DNA from: Phoronis australis
Lineage: Eukaryota; Animalia; Phoronida
Assembly (NCBI GenBank): GCA_002633005.1
Contig: NMRA01000160.1
Coordinates: 590,043 to 654,042 of the forward strand
Direction of reading: 5' to 3'
Length of the DNA stretch: 64,000 bases
Position numbers and translations under genes: made by a program. The notes beneath the pieces were generated by a model. That model saw only the letters and a list, made by a program, of their open reading frames with translations. It searched no databases and was not told the DNA's origin. Shown here piece after piece: positions 51,423 through 64,000 of this stretch. The stretch's first letter is position 1, and each line of letters opens with the position of its first letter.

Positions 51423-51745
51423 CTGGTCTTTCTGTTCAAGGTTTTGCTTACTTCCTCATTGTAGATCCGCAGAGTGGAACATGAAGTGTTTTCATTGGCT
51501 CTTTCTGTTGTTTGTAAAACTGCCAAAAGGTGGGGTAAGGGAGATAACATAAATTCTTCTTGGTGAACAGAGCGCTTTCGGTCGGCTGACTCAGGGGTTT
51601 CAGAACAGTGTGATGCCCCTTACTCAGAGGGAAACTGGTTCTCAAAATGGGAGAAGTATGTAAGCGACTATTACCCTTGATCTGAATTCTGTAACTAAGG
51701 CCGGGCATGGGTGAAAATTTTTCAGTGAAATGACGTCCGGTGTTA

Positions 51746-51911
51746 CAGTGGCGCCGCCAGAGGGGGGCCAAGGGGCCACGCCCCCCCACTAAAATTCTAC
51801 CAGATAACATTTGACAGTTCGGGCGTGCGAACGTCTGACGGGCAAAATCCTGGCTAATACTCTGCACTGCCCCTCCCCCCCAACTCAAAATCCTGGATCC
51901 GGCCCGCCCTG
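51746..51911. mobile_element. GC-rich MITE fragment ~320 bp upstream of the SH2 gene ATG
   Basis: CAGTGGCGCCGCCAGAGGGGGGCCAAGGGGCC...AAAATCCTGGATCCG..CCCTG resembles the insert at 32588-32869. Confidence 0.55.
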
Positions 51912-51918
51912 GCCCGCG

Positions 51919-53098
51919 GGTGTAGCATTAACTTCTACCGCGGGTAGTTTTTTCACGGGGTCTAAATTTAATGTGAAGAATTTTCAACTCTTGAAAAATG
52001 ACCCCACGACCGTAGTTAGATCTCCTGTCATTCAGAACGGATCCCTCGCAACAGGGGGTTGGGATCATACGTAATACCCGAGGCAGGCGATCTTTCAACG
52101 ATTGTTGAGCCAAGAAGCCTTTGGTCGACAGGGGGGGCGCGCCAAGGAGTGGGTGGTATCGACCAGGGGGGCGGGGCAAGGAGCCTTTGTCGACCAGAAG
52201 AGGGGACACCAATTAAGGAGGTGTCAACGAGGGAGGTGCACCAAGGACTGCTGAGGTGTCAATCGACAACGCAGTGCGGATACTGAGGTAATATGCATTC
52301 GTGAATGGGGAATGACGTGCGTGAGTGAAGAATTTTATCAGATGCTCGCTTGAATGGGCTTTTGGCAAGGGAAATCTACACGCCTTGTTTTTTCAGTGTA
52401 TGCAATTAAGATAGAGAAAGTAACGGCCGGCGTGCAGGCCAGGAATATGAAGTGTGGGCCCTGAGCTGGTCTGTTCGCGAGCAAAGAATTCAGTCCGTGA
52501 CTATTAGGCTTCGGAAGCTAAAACTGTGGTGCTGCCTCATGCGGTTGGATCGGAGAACTTATGAAATTTGAATCAGTGAGGGAAGAATTTAAAATGGCTC
52601 GGCAGAGCGGCGCCCGGTAAATCAGATTAACGGAAGTGGCGGGAGGGAAAGGAACGATTTGAAATAATGTGTGGGCCGGGAGCGGGGCTGATCTCTTTGC
52701 GTGCAATAATTACACGGTGTGGGGATATTACAAAACAACGAAAAGTGCCTAGTGCTAGATCGGGGGACTTCAGATCTGTGAGAATGGAATAGCGTGAGAG
52801 AATTTTTTTACGCAGGCAATTCCGAGCGATGCACTGGAAAGTAACTCAGTGTTCTTTGCTTTTTAACCTTAAAAAACCTGTTATTTATTTATATGTGAAA
52901 AATTGATCTCACGCGGTCATTTTTTCACAGTAGTTCACATTAAATTTAGATCCCATTAGAAAGCGACCTGGGTTATTTAAATGACCCTGGATCACTTTTT
53001 AGTATTAAAATATTAAAAAGTGGTCGTCCGGGGTCATTCAATAGTGAAAAAATAACCCGTGGGTAATTTTTCACGGGGTCATTAGTTAATGCTACACC
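51919..53098. mobile_element. Non-autonomous DNA transposon with 15-bp perfect TIR and subterminal repeats
   Basis: GGTGTAGCATTAACT ... AGTTAATGCTACACC; repeated TTTTTCACGGGGTC / AAATGACCCC motifs near both ends; no transposase ORF; no TSD identified. Confidence 0.75.
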
Positions 53099-53575
53099 AG
53101 CAATATTGACGTCCTGGCTGAAGTTTTTCAAGATACCGAAATTCAATGAAAACTTGAAGTTCCGAGCTCACTATACCGATACCAACGTGTAGATTTACTG
53201 ATGGAATCATCAAATCCAAACTAGGACTAGACAACCGCCCAGCGAAGTAAACTAATGTGAGTACACAATAATAAGGCCGTCGTGACATAATATATGTCTT
53301 TGAAATAAACTTAGGAAATATCAAAAATAATTTTGAATTCTATTTCGAGCACAAAGATAACACTCCAGGGTCAGGTGTACCAAAGTGCTTCGACGCTCAC
53401 CGGCAGATACAGGGCAGGTAACTGACAAGTGATCCAAGAACAAATGGTTTGGACAACTGAATGAGTGCATGCTTCTACTACCAACTCAATGGTTTGTCTG
53501 AACTCAGCTTAGCTGGACAGGCATAAAGTCGGTTTGTGCAGAAATGAATACTACTTTCTGTTAGCCACAGTTATA

Positions 53576-54608
53576 CAGTGGCGGATCTAGGATATCACAA
53601 GGGGGGGCCCAACATCTTGTCCAGCTGTAACCATTTGCGCAAACCACGATTGTAGATGCGCATAGCACCGAATGGGGGGAGGTCGGGAGGGGGGTTTGCC
53701 CAGGAAATTTTTCTGTTTTTTCCTCTAAAAATTAAGCATTTTCCTTGATTTCTGATGTATTATCCAAGAAAAAAAGGAAAAAGAAAACACAGGAAAAATT
53801 GCATCTTTCACAGACTCGAACTCACGACCTGGTTGATAGGACGCGCGTGCTTTGCCACTACACCACCACGATTTCACTAACACAATGAAACTAATAGACC
53901 TACTTGTTAATGGTCCTACTTCTTTTTGTTATGCTTATTACACGTTTTATATTTTGTGCAATCGGTTCTTAACAAATTTGTTGTATTTAAAATAGTCTTC
54001 AAATGCCCAAAAGACCAAATCCGTTTTTCGTGTTGGCAATAATGACGGGATTGCTTTGGAAATCGTCTTAAGTTAAGGTTTGACAAAGAGAGAATTAATG
54101 AGTTTCTGAGTGATTCACTAAGGCTTCGATTAAAATTCACATCTTACCAGCAGCTTCTGTTTTTTCATCGTCACTCAGGTTCCATTTTCTTTAAAAATGA
54201 AGTAAATTTTCTCCATTGCACAGTGGAGCAGACGATGGAAACGGGGTCGCAGTGCGCAGCGCCACTGCCGGTCGCCTGGGATATCGCGGGAGAGCTTATA
54301 CTTAGCCATAGTTCCGTTACGAATGCGCCGTGTTCCGAATTTGACACTTGAAATTGGATCTGAGCCCCCCCNNNNNNNNNNNNNNNNNNNNNNNNNNNNN
54401 NNNNNNNNNNNNNNNNNNNNNNNNNNNNNNNNNNNNNNNNNNNNNNNNNNNNNNNNNNNNNNNNNNNNNNNNNNNNNNNNNNNNNNNNNNNNNNNNNNNN
54501 NNNNNNNNNNNNNNNNNNNNNNNNNNNNNNNNNNNNNNNNNNNNNNNNNNNNNNNNNNNNNNNNNNNNNNNNNNNNNNNNNNNNNCCCCCCCCCTAAATC
54601 CGCCTATG
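53576..54608. mobile_element. ~1-kb TIR element (CAGTGGCGGATCTAGG...CCTAAATCCGCCTATG) flanked by a GTTATA direct repeat
   Basis: Imperfect TIRs; GTTATA immediately outside both ends (putative 6-bp TSD); internal N gap. Confidence 0.6.
53809..53870 (-). mobile_element. tRNA-like fragment (A- and B-box) inside the TIR element
   Basis: Minus strand GGTGGTGTAGTGGCAAAGCACGCGCGTCCTATCAACCAGGTCGTGAGTTCGAGTCT; no complete cloverleaf. Confidence 0.55.
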
Positions 54609-55472
54609 GTTATAGTGACGGATCGGTCACCGGCTAAATGACTCAAAAGCAGAGCCGACTAGCCTCTGCTCATACTGGCCGGCCGGCCAACAATCGGATC
54701 ATGAATTTCGATTATATAAAATCGGTCTCATAGTATTCCTTACCGTGATAGCCTAGCGAATTTTATTTTTGTTACAGGACAATGCGTACATGTTCCATTT
54801 TCGATTTCGTAATTCGTTGGCCATGCACGGATATAACGAGAAGTCGATGATGGTTCCGACGTTCTTGTTAGAAACGGAAATAGAATCACAGTAATATTAT
54901 GAGACTGTTTTTTTTAGAACAAACGGCATAGTTCGTTTTTTGTTAGCTAAACAAGGCACCGAAATACAGCTTTAATAAGTGTGCGCAATTTGCCAAGTCT
55001 GGGCCCATTGAGTTTTCGTGCAACAGTAGATATTTTACAAAACGTCATATCCAATAATTACCTCCAAGACGAACACGCATTTAAGAAAATCATTAGGGAT
55101 AATGTTAAAGTTTATAAGCCCGATGATTACCTAGATGTTATTATTTGTTAACGGAATAGGAAGACCTCCAACTTGGTCATGAAAAATAACATTTCTAAAG
55201 CGAAAGTCCGCCCCGTTGCCCAGTGTAGTGTTGTTGAGTTTGTTACTCTACTATGATGAACGAAGACCTGTCAAACTATGTTACATTGGTCAAGCTGATT
55301 GCAGTCTTTCCCGTCGGTTATCTATGGCATCTTAAAAATAGCGCCATAAAAAAGATCATTTTCTAAAATCACCCGTCAAGAAATTGTGGAAAACACGCCA
55401 ATTCGGTACCGGGTACGTAGAGCACGATGTGCTACGATTGAAAGAATTGTAGTCCCTTTTGATTGCATTTGA

Positions 55473-55782
55473 GAAGCCTGTTTTGAATGAGCAGCAAACA
55501 GGGTCGCGCCGCACGCCACGCTACACTTGTTTGCGTGACTTTCCTGTTACCCCCCCCNCCTTCATTTGTCATTCTTTGAAGTATTTCACACCTGCCGCGT
55601 CCCACTGTATATGTCTCCAGCTTATGCTCTGTGGTTGCATTACGGCGTCATTTTATTTCCACTTGAGAATGAAACAAGTATGGTACGAATTATCGTGTAC
55701 CTTTTAATCATGTTTCTTGGTCAGTTACTTCACCAATGTTTCTTTGAGTGTAGACTTTTATTCCAAGCATAAGAACGGAACG
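55473..55782 (+). repeat. Dispersed repeat, copy of 46862-47166
   Basis: Colinear high similarity visible directly and in the ORF-track peptides (KPVLNE..RYTCLRDF.VTPP). Confidence 0.85.
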
Positions 55783-56106
55783 AATACTCTGTTACAATGA
55801 AATGTTAAAACATTTCATTGTGACTGACATCGGGTGTCCCTTGATCACAAGATGCTGAGCCAAAGAGTTCCCAAGGTAATCCGTGTTATCGGGAAGGCAT
55901 TACCAGGAAGGGACAACTGTTCTGGCGCATTTTAACGCGTTTTGGTACTACTTCCCTGCTGTTATGCAGAGGTGTTTTCGCAAACGTAGCAAATCAGTGA
56001 TTGTTTACCTTTCACAATTTCCCCCAATAATCCGAAGTTTTGGGTTCTAAATGTTTGAAGGTATTGAGTAATGTTCGTGACAAGTAAAATGACATGAGGT
56101 AGAAAA

Positions 56107-56169
56107 CCTTAGTTTCTGCCTGTTTAAATACGGTACGGCGTACCGTATTTAAACAGGCAGAAACTAAGG
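56107..56169. repeat. Perfect palindrome, 31-bp arms and 1-nt spacer
   Basis: CCTTAGTTTCTGCCTGTTTAAATACGGTACG-G-CGTACCGTATTTAAACAGGCAGAAACTAAGG. Confidence 0.95.
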
Positions 56170-56799
56170 AGATTGGACTCAACCATGCCTTCAGTGACCA
56201 GTTCTGGACCCAGCGTCATAATTCAAAGGACTTTTTCCTGTTTTGGGAACCTATCATTGAAATCTGCGAACTAAAACGAACCAATCTTTCCCTGCACCGT
56301 GGAGTGAATTTTTGAAAAGTCGAACTTATTACCAGGTGTAATGTTCGGTATAACATAACAATCCGCAATTCTTCAAATCCGTGTCGTTCACGAATCTGAT
56401 ACCGACTGCCGGAAAGTCAATAGTGAGAAAGTCAATACTGTTTTATTGTAGGATTACATCAGCCATGTAATTCATGGGAAGTGGATATGTTTGGGGTTTC
56501 GATTGTATGCCGAGCACTTGTTCGGTCTGCCACATACCGTTACCATTTTTTGACCCAAAACGTTATGGAGAGACTTTAAAAAACTTCCACGAAATTTCGG
56601 AATGGACAAAGGAACAATCGATTACACTGTGGGAAAGATACCATGTTTTGAAGTCATATAACGCAGGCTTTTAGTGCAAAACAATCGAAAAACGTCATTT
56701 GATCTTGTTAACTTGATTTACGCTCACAGTGCACGCGCTAAGTCCGTGCAAATGACGTATGTTGAAAGTTAGTAAACATTTTAAATCGGTAAATAAAAC

Positions 56800-56863
56800 A
56801 ACAGAAATAAAGTAAAATCAAACACGAAATTCATTTCGTGTTTGATTTTACTTTATTTCTGTT
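56800..56863. repeat. Perfect palindrome, 31-bp arms and 2-nt spacer
   Basis: AACAGAAATAAAGTAAAATCAAACACGAAAT-TC-ATTTCGTGTTTGATTTTACTTTATTTCTGTT. Confidence 0.95.
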
Positions 56864-59800
56864 TTTGTTGATAAAGGAAGTTGTTACCTCCGAAAATTTC
56901 AAATTTCAGTTGATCCATTCTTGTTGTTTTATTTACCGATTTATATTCTTCATTTCACGAAACAATAGTATCCTTGGGAGGATCTGGATCGCCTTATTTA
57001 GTTTCAGATATATTTTCTACGTTATTAAACATTTTAGACATTGAAAACACGCTTTGTTACAATAGCGTGATAGAAGAAACTGTGATGAGGTCTGTATACT
57101 AAACTAATATGTATACCCAGTACTCTACGCAGTGAGCCGACTGGTTTATACTTCCATTGATAAATGTGACGTCAGAATCCAGATGTCATAAAAACGCTAT
57201 ATTTCCGACTTCGGCGACGTGCTGGTGGCGCTCTGCTGAAGTAGTGGCTTGCTGACAGGAAGGTCACCGGGTCAAATCATGACCAGATCTCCGTTATTTC
57301 ACAAAAAAATAAAAGGAACTAAAATGGCTTTAACATAGCGCGGCCAATACGAAGGCCGGCATGTGCGGTTAATATGGAAAACTTTTGACTCCGAAATAAC
57401 TTGACCATTGGTGTACTTAAAATTTTATAGTCGGTCCAGATCCTATAATAGTCTGTTTCCATTAAATCTGTATTACTGCAGTTGGACTTTTCACTTGCTG
57501 GTGGTACCAAGATCGATACTCTTTACCTAAGAATCCAACATTCCGGAAAATTACCTCTCTAAAAATGTTCGTGTTAATTACGTTCTAGACCAAAGTGAAT
57601 CTTCACCAACCACTCAGCGTTGTCAGGTTCTCGAATTTACATACGGAATCAAACCTTTCTAAAGAATTGCCTTTCTCCGACTTCCTTGATGAAAGAACCA
57701 AGCTACAGGCCTCTATACACGACACTACCATTTTATTTTTTTTTCTCATTTCATACAGCGGGTGTCCTAAGAACGTCCCATTTAGGCGATTTAATTGCCT
57801 AGATCCACGGAAAGTACCTACGCTAAATCTGAAAAGCACTTGGATGAAAGAAACGTTTCCGTCTAGTTGTTATACAGCGGAAACAGCATTAAACTCACAT
57901 GACTTGTGTAATATTTTTCAAACTGTTTTCATTTCCACAATTCTTAACGGATTTCTCCTATATTAAAAGTCTTTTACGTGCGCGCACCCAGCTTAAAAAA
58001 TGGGAGGCTCGTATATTTGAGGATATGGACCTTTTACTATAAAAAACGGGGTACATTCAGAGCTATGAGATGTGCATTTGTCTAAGTTTGGTAATTCCTG
58101 CCTTTTTAGTGGACTTTTGTGTTGTTTTTTTCTCGTTTTCGGAGTTTTTGTTTTTCTGAGGCGGACCTTTTTGCCCACTTCGCCGAACACCCCCCTTGGG
58201 AGCGCGCATGATTTAAAAGGACATTATCGTTTTTACGGCCGAAAACTTATACTTGGGATTGATTATTTCTGGATGGGATCTATATTTTGAAGTCATTAGA
58301 AATGATCAGATCTACTAAACAATAAAAGGCACTGTTTTTGTGATTTTATTACATATCACCAATCCAAGCATTCGCTGAAGCCAATGCCACAAAATCACCT
58401 TCCGGCTGATAACGTCATTTTAAGGCATTAGATGGAAGTTATTTTATGAAAGGTATTATGAAGGAAGTTAAAGTGCGACTTTTGTGAGGTAACCGAGACT
58501 CGGTAGCACTGAATCAACGGCCTAGAAAATTCATAAAAAATGACGAGTTTTTCAGTAATCGTGCTTAAATTTTTGTTCTTTTATTCCTGTCGGTTTAATG
58601 GTTATCACTAATATCAGGAAGAGATAACCATGCTTATCTCTTTCTGCTAATGATGTATGATGTTGTGATAGTCATTAGATCCGAAGATTTAGATAAAAGT
58701 GTGTGCAACACCGCATTGTTTTTCGAAAAAATCAGCCACTGGAGATCATCCCGAGATAAAAATTCAACTCTCGAGAAAGCTTTCACTGCCTTCAATCCCG
58801 TTAAACGGAAAAAATCTTAAACAGCCAATCGGAAATCTGTGAGAGTGTTCTGTGAAAGCACATCCCAAGTCTAACGAACTCGTCTCGCCACTGATGAGCG
58901 GAGTTATTGCCGAAGCAGCAACGTAATTAATTACTCGGCTACTACCAGCACGAGGCACAGCGGGTGCATTCAATTTGATCTACACCTGCGAGAGATTGGC
59001 ATGTAGTAAGGAGTGTACGTGATCTCACTACCTTTCACTCACAAGTGTATGATATTACTGAACGCGTCTCAGTCGATGAAAAGTATCAGGAACAATCACA
59101 CTATCAAATGTGATTTTGTTCTGCAAGACTTCAAGGAAAACCCATTAAGATCAATGGGATTTCTTTGACGCGATTTCACACAGGCTTTTCCTCTGGCTGG
59201 AAGGCGTTCTCAAAACGTCTTCTGCGGCCATATTCTGGTGTTGACTAAACGCATCAGCTTTCTTCGCAGGCGTGAAGACAGAAATGGGCGACTTTGCCCA
59301 AAATCAGTCTTCGAATGCGCCGTTTTTTTCTCAAATTGTACAACGCGCTGCAGTGGACTCACGCGCCAGCCATTGACTCCGTAGTCTCAAATTTGAGACT
59401 CCGAAAATACGCGAAGTACTCCAACTGCCCATATCTGTCCTACGAAAGCTCGTTATGGCGGGTTTGACGTTCTGAGAACGAGTTTGGTGTGACAGGACGA
59501 CGGGACGTTTTGTAAAAAACGATGTTAGAAAACTCTTTCTATTTTGGGATAGCCGCTAGAAAAAAAAATGAAAATCGAGTTAAGCCTCTTACTTTCACAA
59601 AATCGGTGCCAAAATATTCCTTGCCTTGACAGGATTCCAACAAGAACATCGAAACCATCACTCAACAAAACGCCTCAGATTTAGTATTGGGGTTGGCCAA
59701 CCCTAAATTGCAAATTGACTCGTAAGGTGGCGCATGAACGCATTGCCTGTGATTTGAGTTGGTAACAGAAATAAATCATGTCACCCCGAAGAACTATTAT

Positions 59801-62800
59801 GAGACCGATTTTACAAGAGTATAAGGCCGAGTTCCATTTTCGTTTAGTGAGCCCGCAAACAGAACGAAATGCAACTTCACCGTTTAGTTTTTTTTTTTTG
59901 GTACACTACAGACGATTTCATTGCAATCATAAAAGCGCAACTTAATGGGGACAAGTCTAACCAAAATCCCCGGGGTATAACGTCGGCCCGATTGCCGCAA
60001 AACTGATTCGTACGCCGGTTTCACGGTATCATGTCGCCTGGTCATTCGCTGAGGACTTTAGAGAAACAGAACAAATGGTAATAAATGGTGTAATTGTGCG
60101 CAAGCATGACCCATGCGCGCGCGTACGAGTGCTCCTGTGAACTTTGGCCAATATGTTGATATCTTTAAGAATTACATTTTATGAGCAATTGAATATAGCA
60201 GTAAAATGAAAGTCTTTGAAGCATCAAAAATGACAATAATTGTTTCTTTGGAGAAGTGTGTGTTCAACTATGGGCCGAATGTACCCTTGATAAAAGAAGC
60301 AAACTCAGCTAGCCCCTGCCAACCCAGAAATATCGCGTGGCATCTCTTTCTATGGTTCAGGGGCATAAATTGGTCGTTTTGAAGCACGTTCCTCTACCTT
60401 ACATTATTACACAGGTATTTTCTATAACACTGACGTAAGGCGTCTTGCAAGAAATAAAAATATACGCGAGAAATTTGCTACCACAAGAGAAATCTTTACG
60501 TCTGCTACCTAACATGGCGTGCACTGTAAATTCAAATTAACTGCGAACATTACGTGATTTTCGACAATGTATCATGCATTTTGTGGTAGATGTGGCCAAT
60601 TCCCGATAATGACGCGAAACCGAACTCTTGGCCCCGGACCCTGCAGGTCTCCCATCACACTAGTACTTGCACCATTTAGCGGCACTGCATTGTTGTTTAG
60701 GACACGTTTTATCCCGGGGTCGGTCAATTTTACGCAAACGGGAAAGCGCGCGTTCCGCAAACATGTAGAACCCGGTATTTGTAGTTTGGACACAACATCT
60801 CTTTTTCAAGAATGAATGGCGCATTCGTGCAAGCTGAATCTACCAATTCCCGGCCGCTCTTATTGTCACCTCACTGAATGCAATGGTCATATAAGTTGCT
60901 GACATCAGTCTGAAGACAATTCCGTAACAGAGTCCTTTTGATGAACGCATGCCACTTTTTGGCTAACACAGCACCTCTGGGTATCTTGACAACGGAAATG
61001 CACGGATTGTAGCGACTGTTACCGTAGCCGCCAGACAAAAATCGACTAATCGAAATTCTCTGTTTGCTGTCAGTTAGTGGCGCGAATCTACTAAGTAAAA
61101 TGTCTATTTGTAGAACGCGTTGATGGTGAGCTGCCGTTTTGGTCTGAGGTTTGCCTATCATTGATGTATGTGACTTCTTAAATCATATTTACGGATGTTT
61201 AACCGTGGGTCTATCCATAGAAATTACTGTTGATTCGAAAGTCACGTACGATCGATAGACAAACGGCCTAACACCAATAAAACGAGACACCTCATCAGTA
61301 CCGGCCTTCTAAGAATAGACAGCGTAGTCAGATTTACGCTACCCAACGTCATCGAGTGTAGTCGATGCGGAGACGCACGTCGGGACGATCACGTTGTTCG
61401 TGTCATTTATCAGTATGGGGTCAGTGGCTGCGACAACAGACGCTACAACCTGCACATTCTTTGTGATTTACCGTAGTAAAAACCCAGTGTGAGCCGTGCA
61501 AGATATTATCTTCAACTTATTAGTCTGTCTCTGATGTAAGTAGCTCGATTGTTTAGTGTGGCGTCATTTCGACGTTTTCGACCCAGTCAAATAAAATTTA
61601 AAAAAAAACGATATTAAAAACAATAACGATACGCCTAATTAGGTCAGATTTACGTAGCCCTTTAAATTACATAAGCTTTTCGAAAATTTGAGCTACAGAC
61701 ATGGTCAGCAGTAACCTTCTCAGTCAACTCAACTGCGTGGAGCGGTTCATTGGGTAGGCTTCACCTGAAGTCGTTTGTTGGCGCACACGGGTTAATCTAA
61801 ACACATAGTTTTGTAAATGTTTCAAGTCCTAGAATGACCCCGTAGCTACCTGAGCAGAAAAAAAATATATAATTGACTGTCCATGTGATATGACTGCATT
61901 TCTATGCTTATTTGCGGCTTCAAATCACGTCCTGTGTGTCAGGCATGTCATGCACATCCGGCGTAATTATAAAGCGAGGACTGAGTTGGTAGCTATGCAT
62001 GTATTACAAGCTTTATAAACGATTTAGGGCCAAGTAGGGCAATAAAAATGTTCCTATTAAGCTAACTTCGGAACATATCTCAGACTATAAAAGGCCGATC
62101 CACATTCGGAACTTTCAGATACTGTGCCGTACTTGTTCTCAGTCCAAAACGTTGTATAGTAACAGCTTTTACAATAATCCACGTTTACACCAGGGGCTAT
62201 TAAAATACGACTTATGGTTCATGTGAACAAGCCAAAGTCGCATGAACTGAAAACTAAATGATAGTTAAGAAAACTGTATCGGCTTTTTTGAGATTCAAGT
62301 CATGAGTTTGAATGAGATTCGGTCCTTGTCGACACGTTGTTTCAAGTTGCTATGAACGTAGGCCTATTTTGTTAGCTAAATTTTACTTAAAGATCGGGTA
62401 ACCAGACCCAATTAATGACAGAGTGGTACAAACTACAAAAATATAATACTACAGGTTTTCTAATTTCAGAAAATATTTTTACGAGTCGACATCTACTGTA
62501 TAGTTTTGCTTTTATGACAAGTTTGTCCACTCATGATAAGGTACCGCAGTAACAGTCACCTAAAGTTTCGGGCCTATTCCTGTCGAGACTCCACGATGCC
62601 TCTATTTGGTGGGCCAATATTGTCTTCATTATCTTAAAATCACGGAAAGTTCCTCTCAGCACCCAAAATTCGCCTCCAATGATCAAAAAAAAAAAAAAAT
62701 ACCCGCAAATTCAGTCCCTCGGAAAATCACATATCTAGTGAACCCTGATGAGATGCCAATGTAACTTTCACGTACTAAACTTGATGTGGTGTTCTCCAAC

Positions 62801-64000
62801 GTAATTATAGGAATTGTTTTTTAAAATGGTCCAACTTTGCAGGAGGGTCTATCAGAAACAGAGCATTTTTGATTCTATGGAAAATTCTAAGATTGCATGA
62901 AACGAAAACAAATTATTTACAAAACTGTAACAGTGTTTTTGAAAATTCATGTTGAACATTTATATCAAACCTTATTGATGTCACTGCTTTGTTATAAATT
63001 TTAATTTCTTGAGAAATTAATGACCAAATTTAATTCCACATGTTTGCCATAGTGTGTCTTAAAGTGATTTTTTAGCACAAGTAATTAATTAAGGTTTTGG
63101 AGAATTTCGTCAGTGAACAGAACAATAGAGGGAGGATTTTGCCTGCAATTGTTATGTTATGACTGATGAGCACAAAAGCCAATAGACAGAACAACAGTGT
63201 TAAACAAAAACTTTATTGCATTTAGCATAACCACTCTGGAGGCAATACAACTAGTAGTTTGACCTACATTCAGTTGGCAGTGAATGGATGGCTTTGTTGG
63301 TCTTTATGCCTCAACCCTGCTCAAATGTTCCCAGTAGGCAGCGAATTGATTTTCCATTAAAATTCATAAACTCATGCTTTTAGCGCATACGTCAGATCCT
63401 ATAGGTCGCCCACACACTCATGTGTTCTATTGATCACTGTAGGTCAGAGGCAGCTCAGCAAACCAGAGACTACAAAAAGAAAAAGAATGCAATTAGTAAT
63501 AACCCTTGGTAGACAAGAAAAAACAAGATCAACAGAAAATCGTGTATCATTTTGCACTTGAAAATAAGGGAACAGGTCGACCTGCACATTTGCACAGTTT
63601 ATGTACAAATATATCATTGGATAGATGAAGTTTTGCAAGTACATGCTACCTACCTACGGTAAAACCTCTTCACTTTCTGGCAAACATAATTGCCAAAATT
63701 GACCGTTTCCATTTTTCAGAAAGGCTTCTAGGGTCGTTGCGAATGCCCTCAATTTTTCAAAATGTTTTCTGCAGGTAGCTACAAAATGATACAAAACTTA
63801 GATAGGGAAACTAGCCACTGGTACTGACACATCAGTGTGAAAAATGAGAAATTAATGACACTTGACCTGTCCCCCAATGTTGTGTGAGATTTAACTGAAT
63901 CAGCAGGAGCAGAAGAACCACAAGAAGTAGGGTTTATTTATTACATTCATTGTTCACTGTACAACACGATAAGAATTGCAATAATGATTTGTATCCAGCT

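Noticed and set aside
56474-57966. Myb-like WTKEQ (56474-56674) and THAP-like VPTLNL (57595-57966) peptide hints
   Set aside because: Only 5-6 residue resemblances without the other diagnostic residues; an HMMER/BLASTX search would be needed.
58880-58925. Hammerhead candidate CTGATGAGCGG...CCGAAG
   Set aside because: GAAG instead of GAAA, and no stems I or III.
60567-61161. Short overlapping ORFs suggesting a gene near the window end
   Set aside because: No recognisable protein motif or consistent exon chain on either strand.

Overview
AT-rich, intron-containing animal genomic DNA, probably from an invertebrate, in a draft assembly with several N gaps. I reconstructed four spliced genes by hand, all with GT-AG introns and consistent exon phases. 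(1) TEX264-like, minus strand, 4 exons, 212 aa, apparently lacking the C-terminal LIR tail. (2) C5orf63-like glutaredoxin-fold CxxC protein, minus strand, 2 coding exons, about 136 aa. (3) TM6SF1/2-like EXPERA membrane protein, plus strand, 7 exons, 376 aa. (4) SHB/SHD/SHE/SHF-family SH2 adaptor, minus strand, 8 exons, about 653 aa. Non-coding DNA holds Helentron/HINE-like elements with ~450-bp internal repeats, several MITE families, tRNA-derived heads, a Penelope-like GIY-YIG remnant, minisatellites, long perfect palindromes and a ~1.1-1.25-kb tandem duplication that may be an assembly artefact. I found no convincing protein-coding gene in 51.5-64 kb and no clearly new multi-gene system. The most unusual signals are three tandem duplications that straddle splice sites, an in-frame hydrophobic ORF abutting the TM6SF stop codon, the LIR-less TEX264, and independently formed perfect foldbacks in one repeat family. 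Family assignments come from remembered motifs, not database searches.
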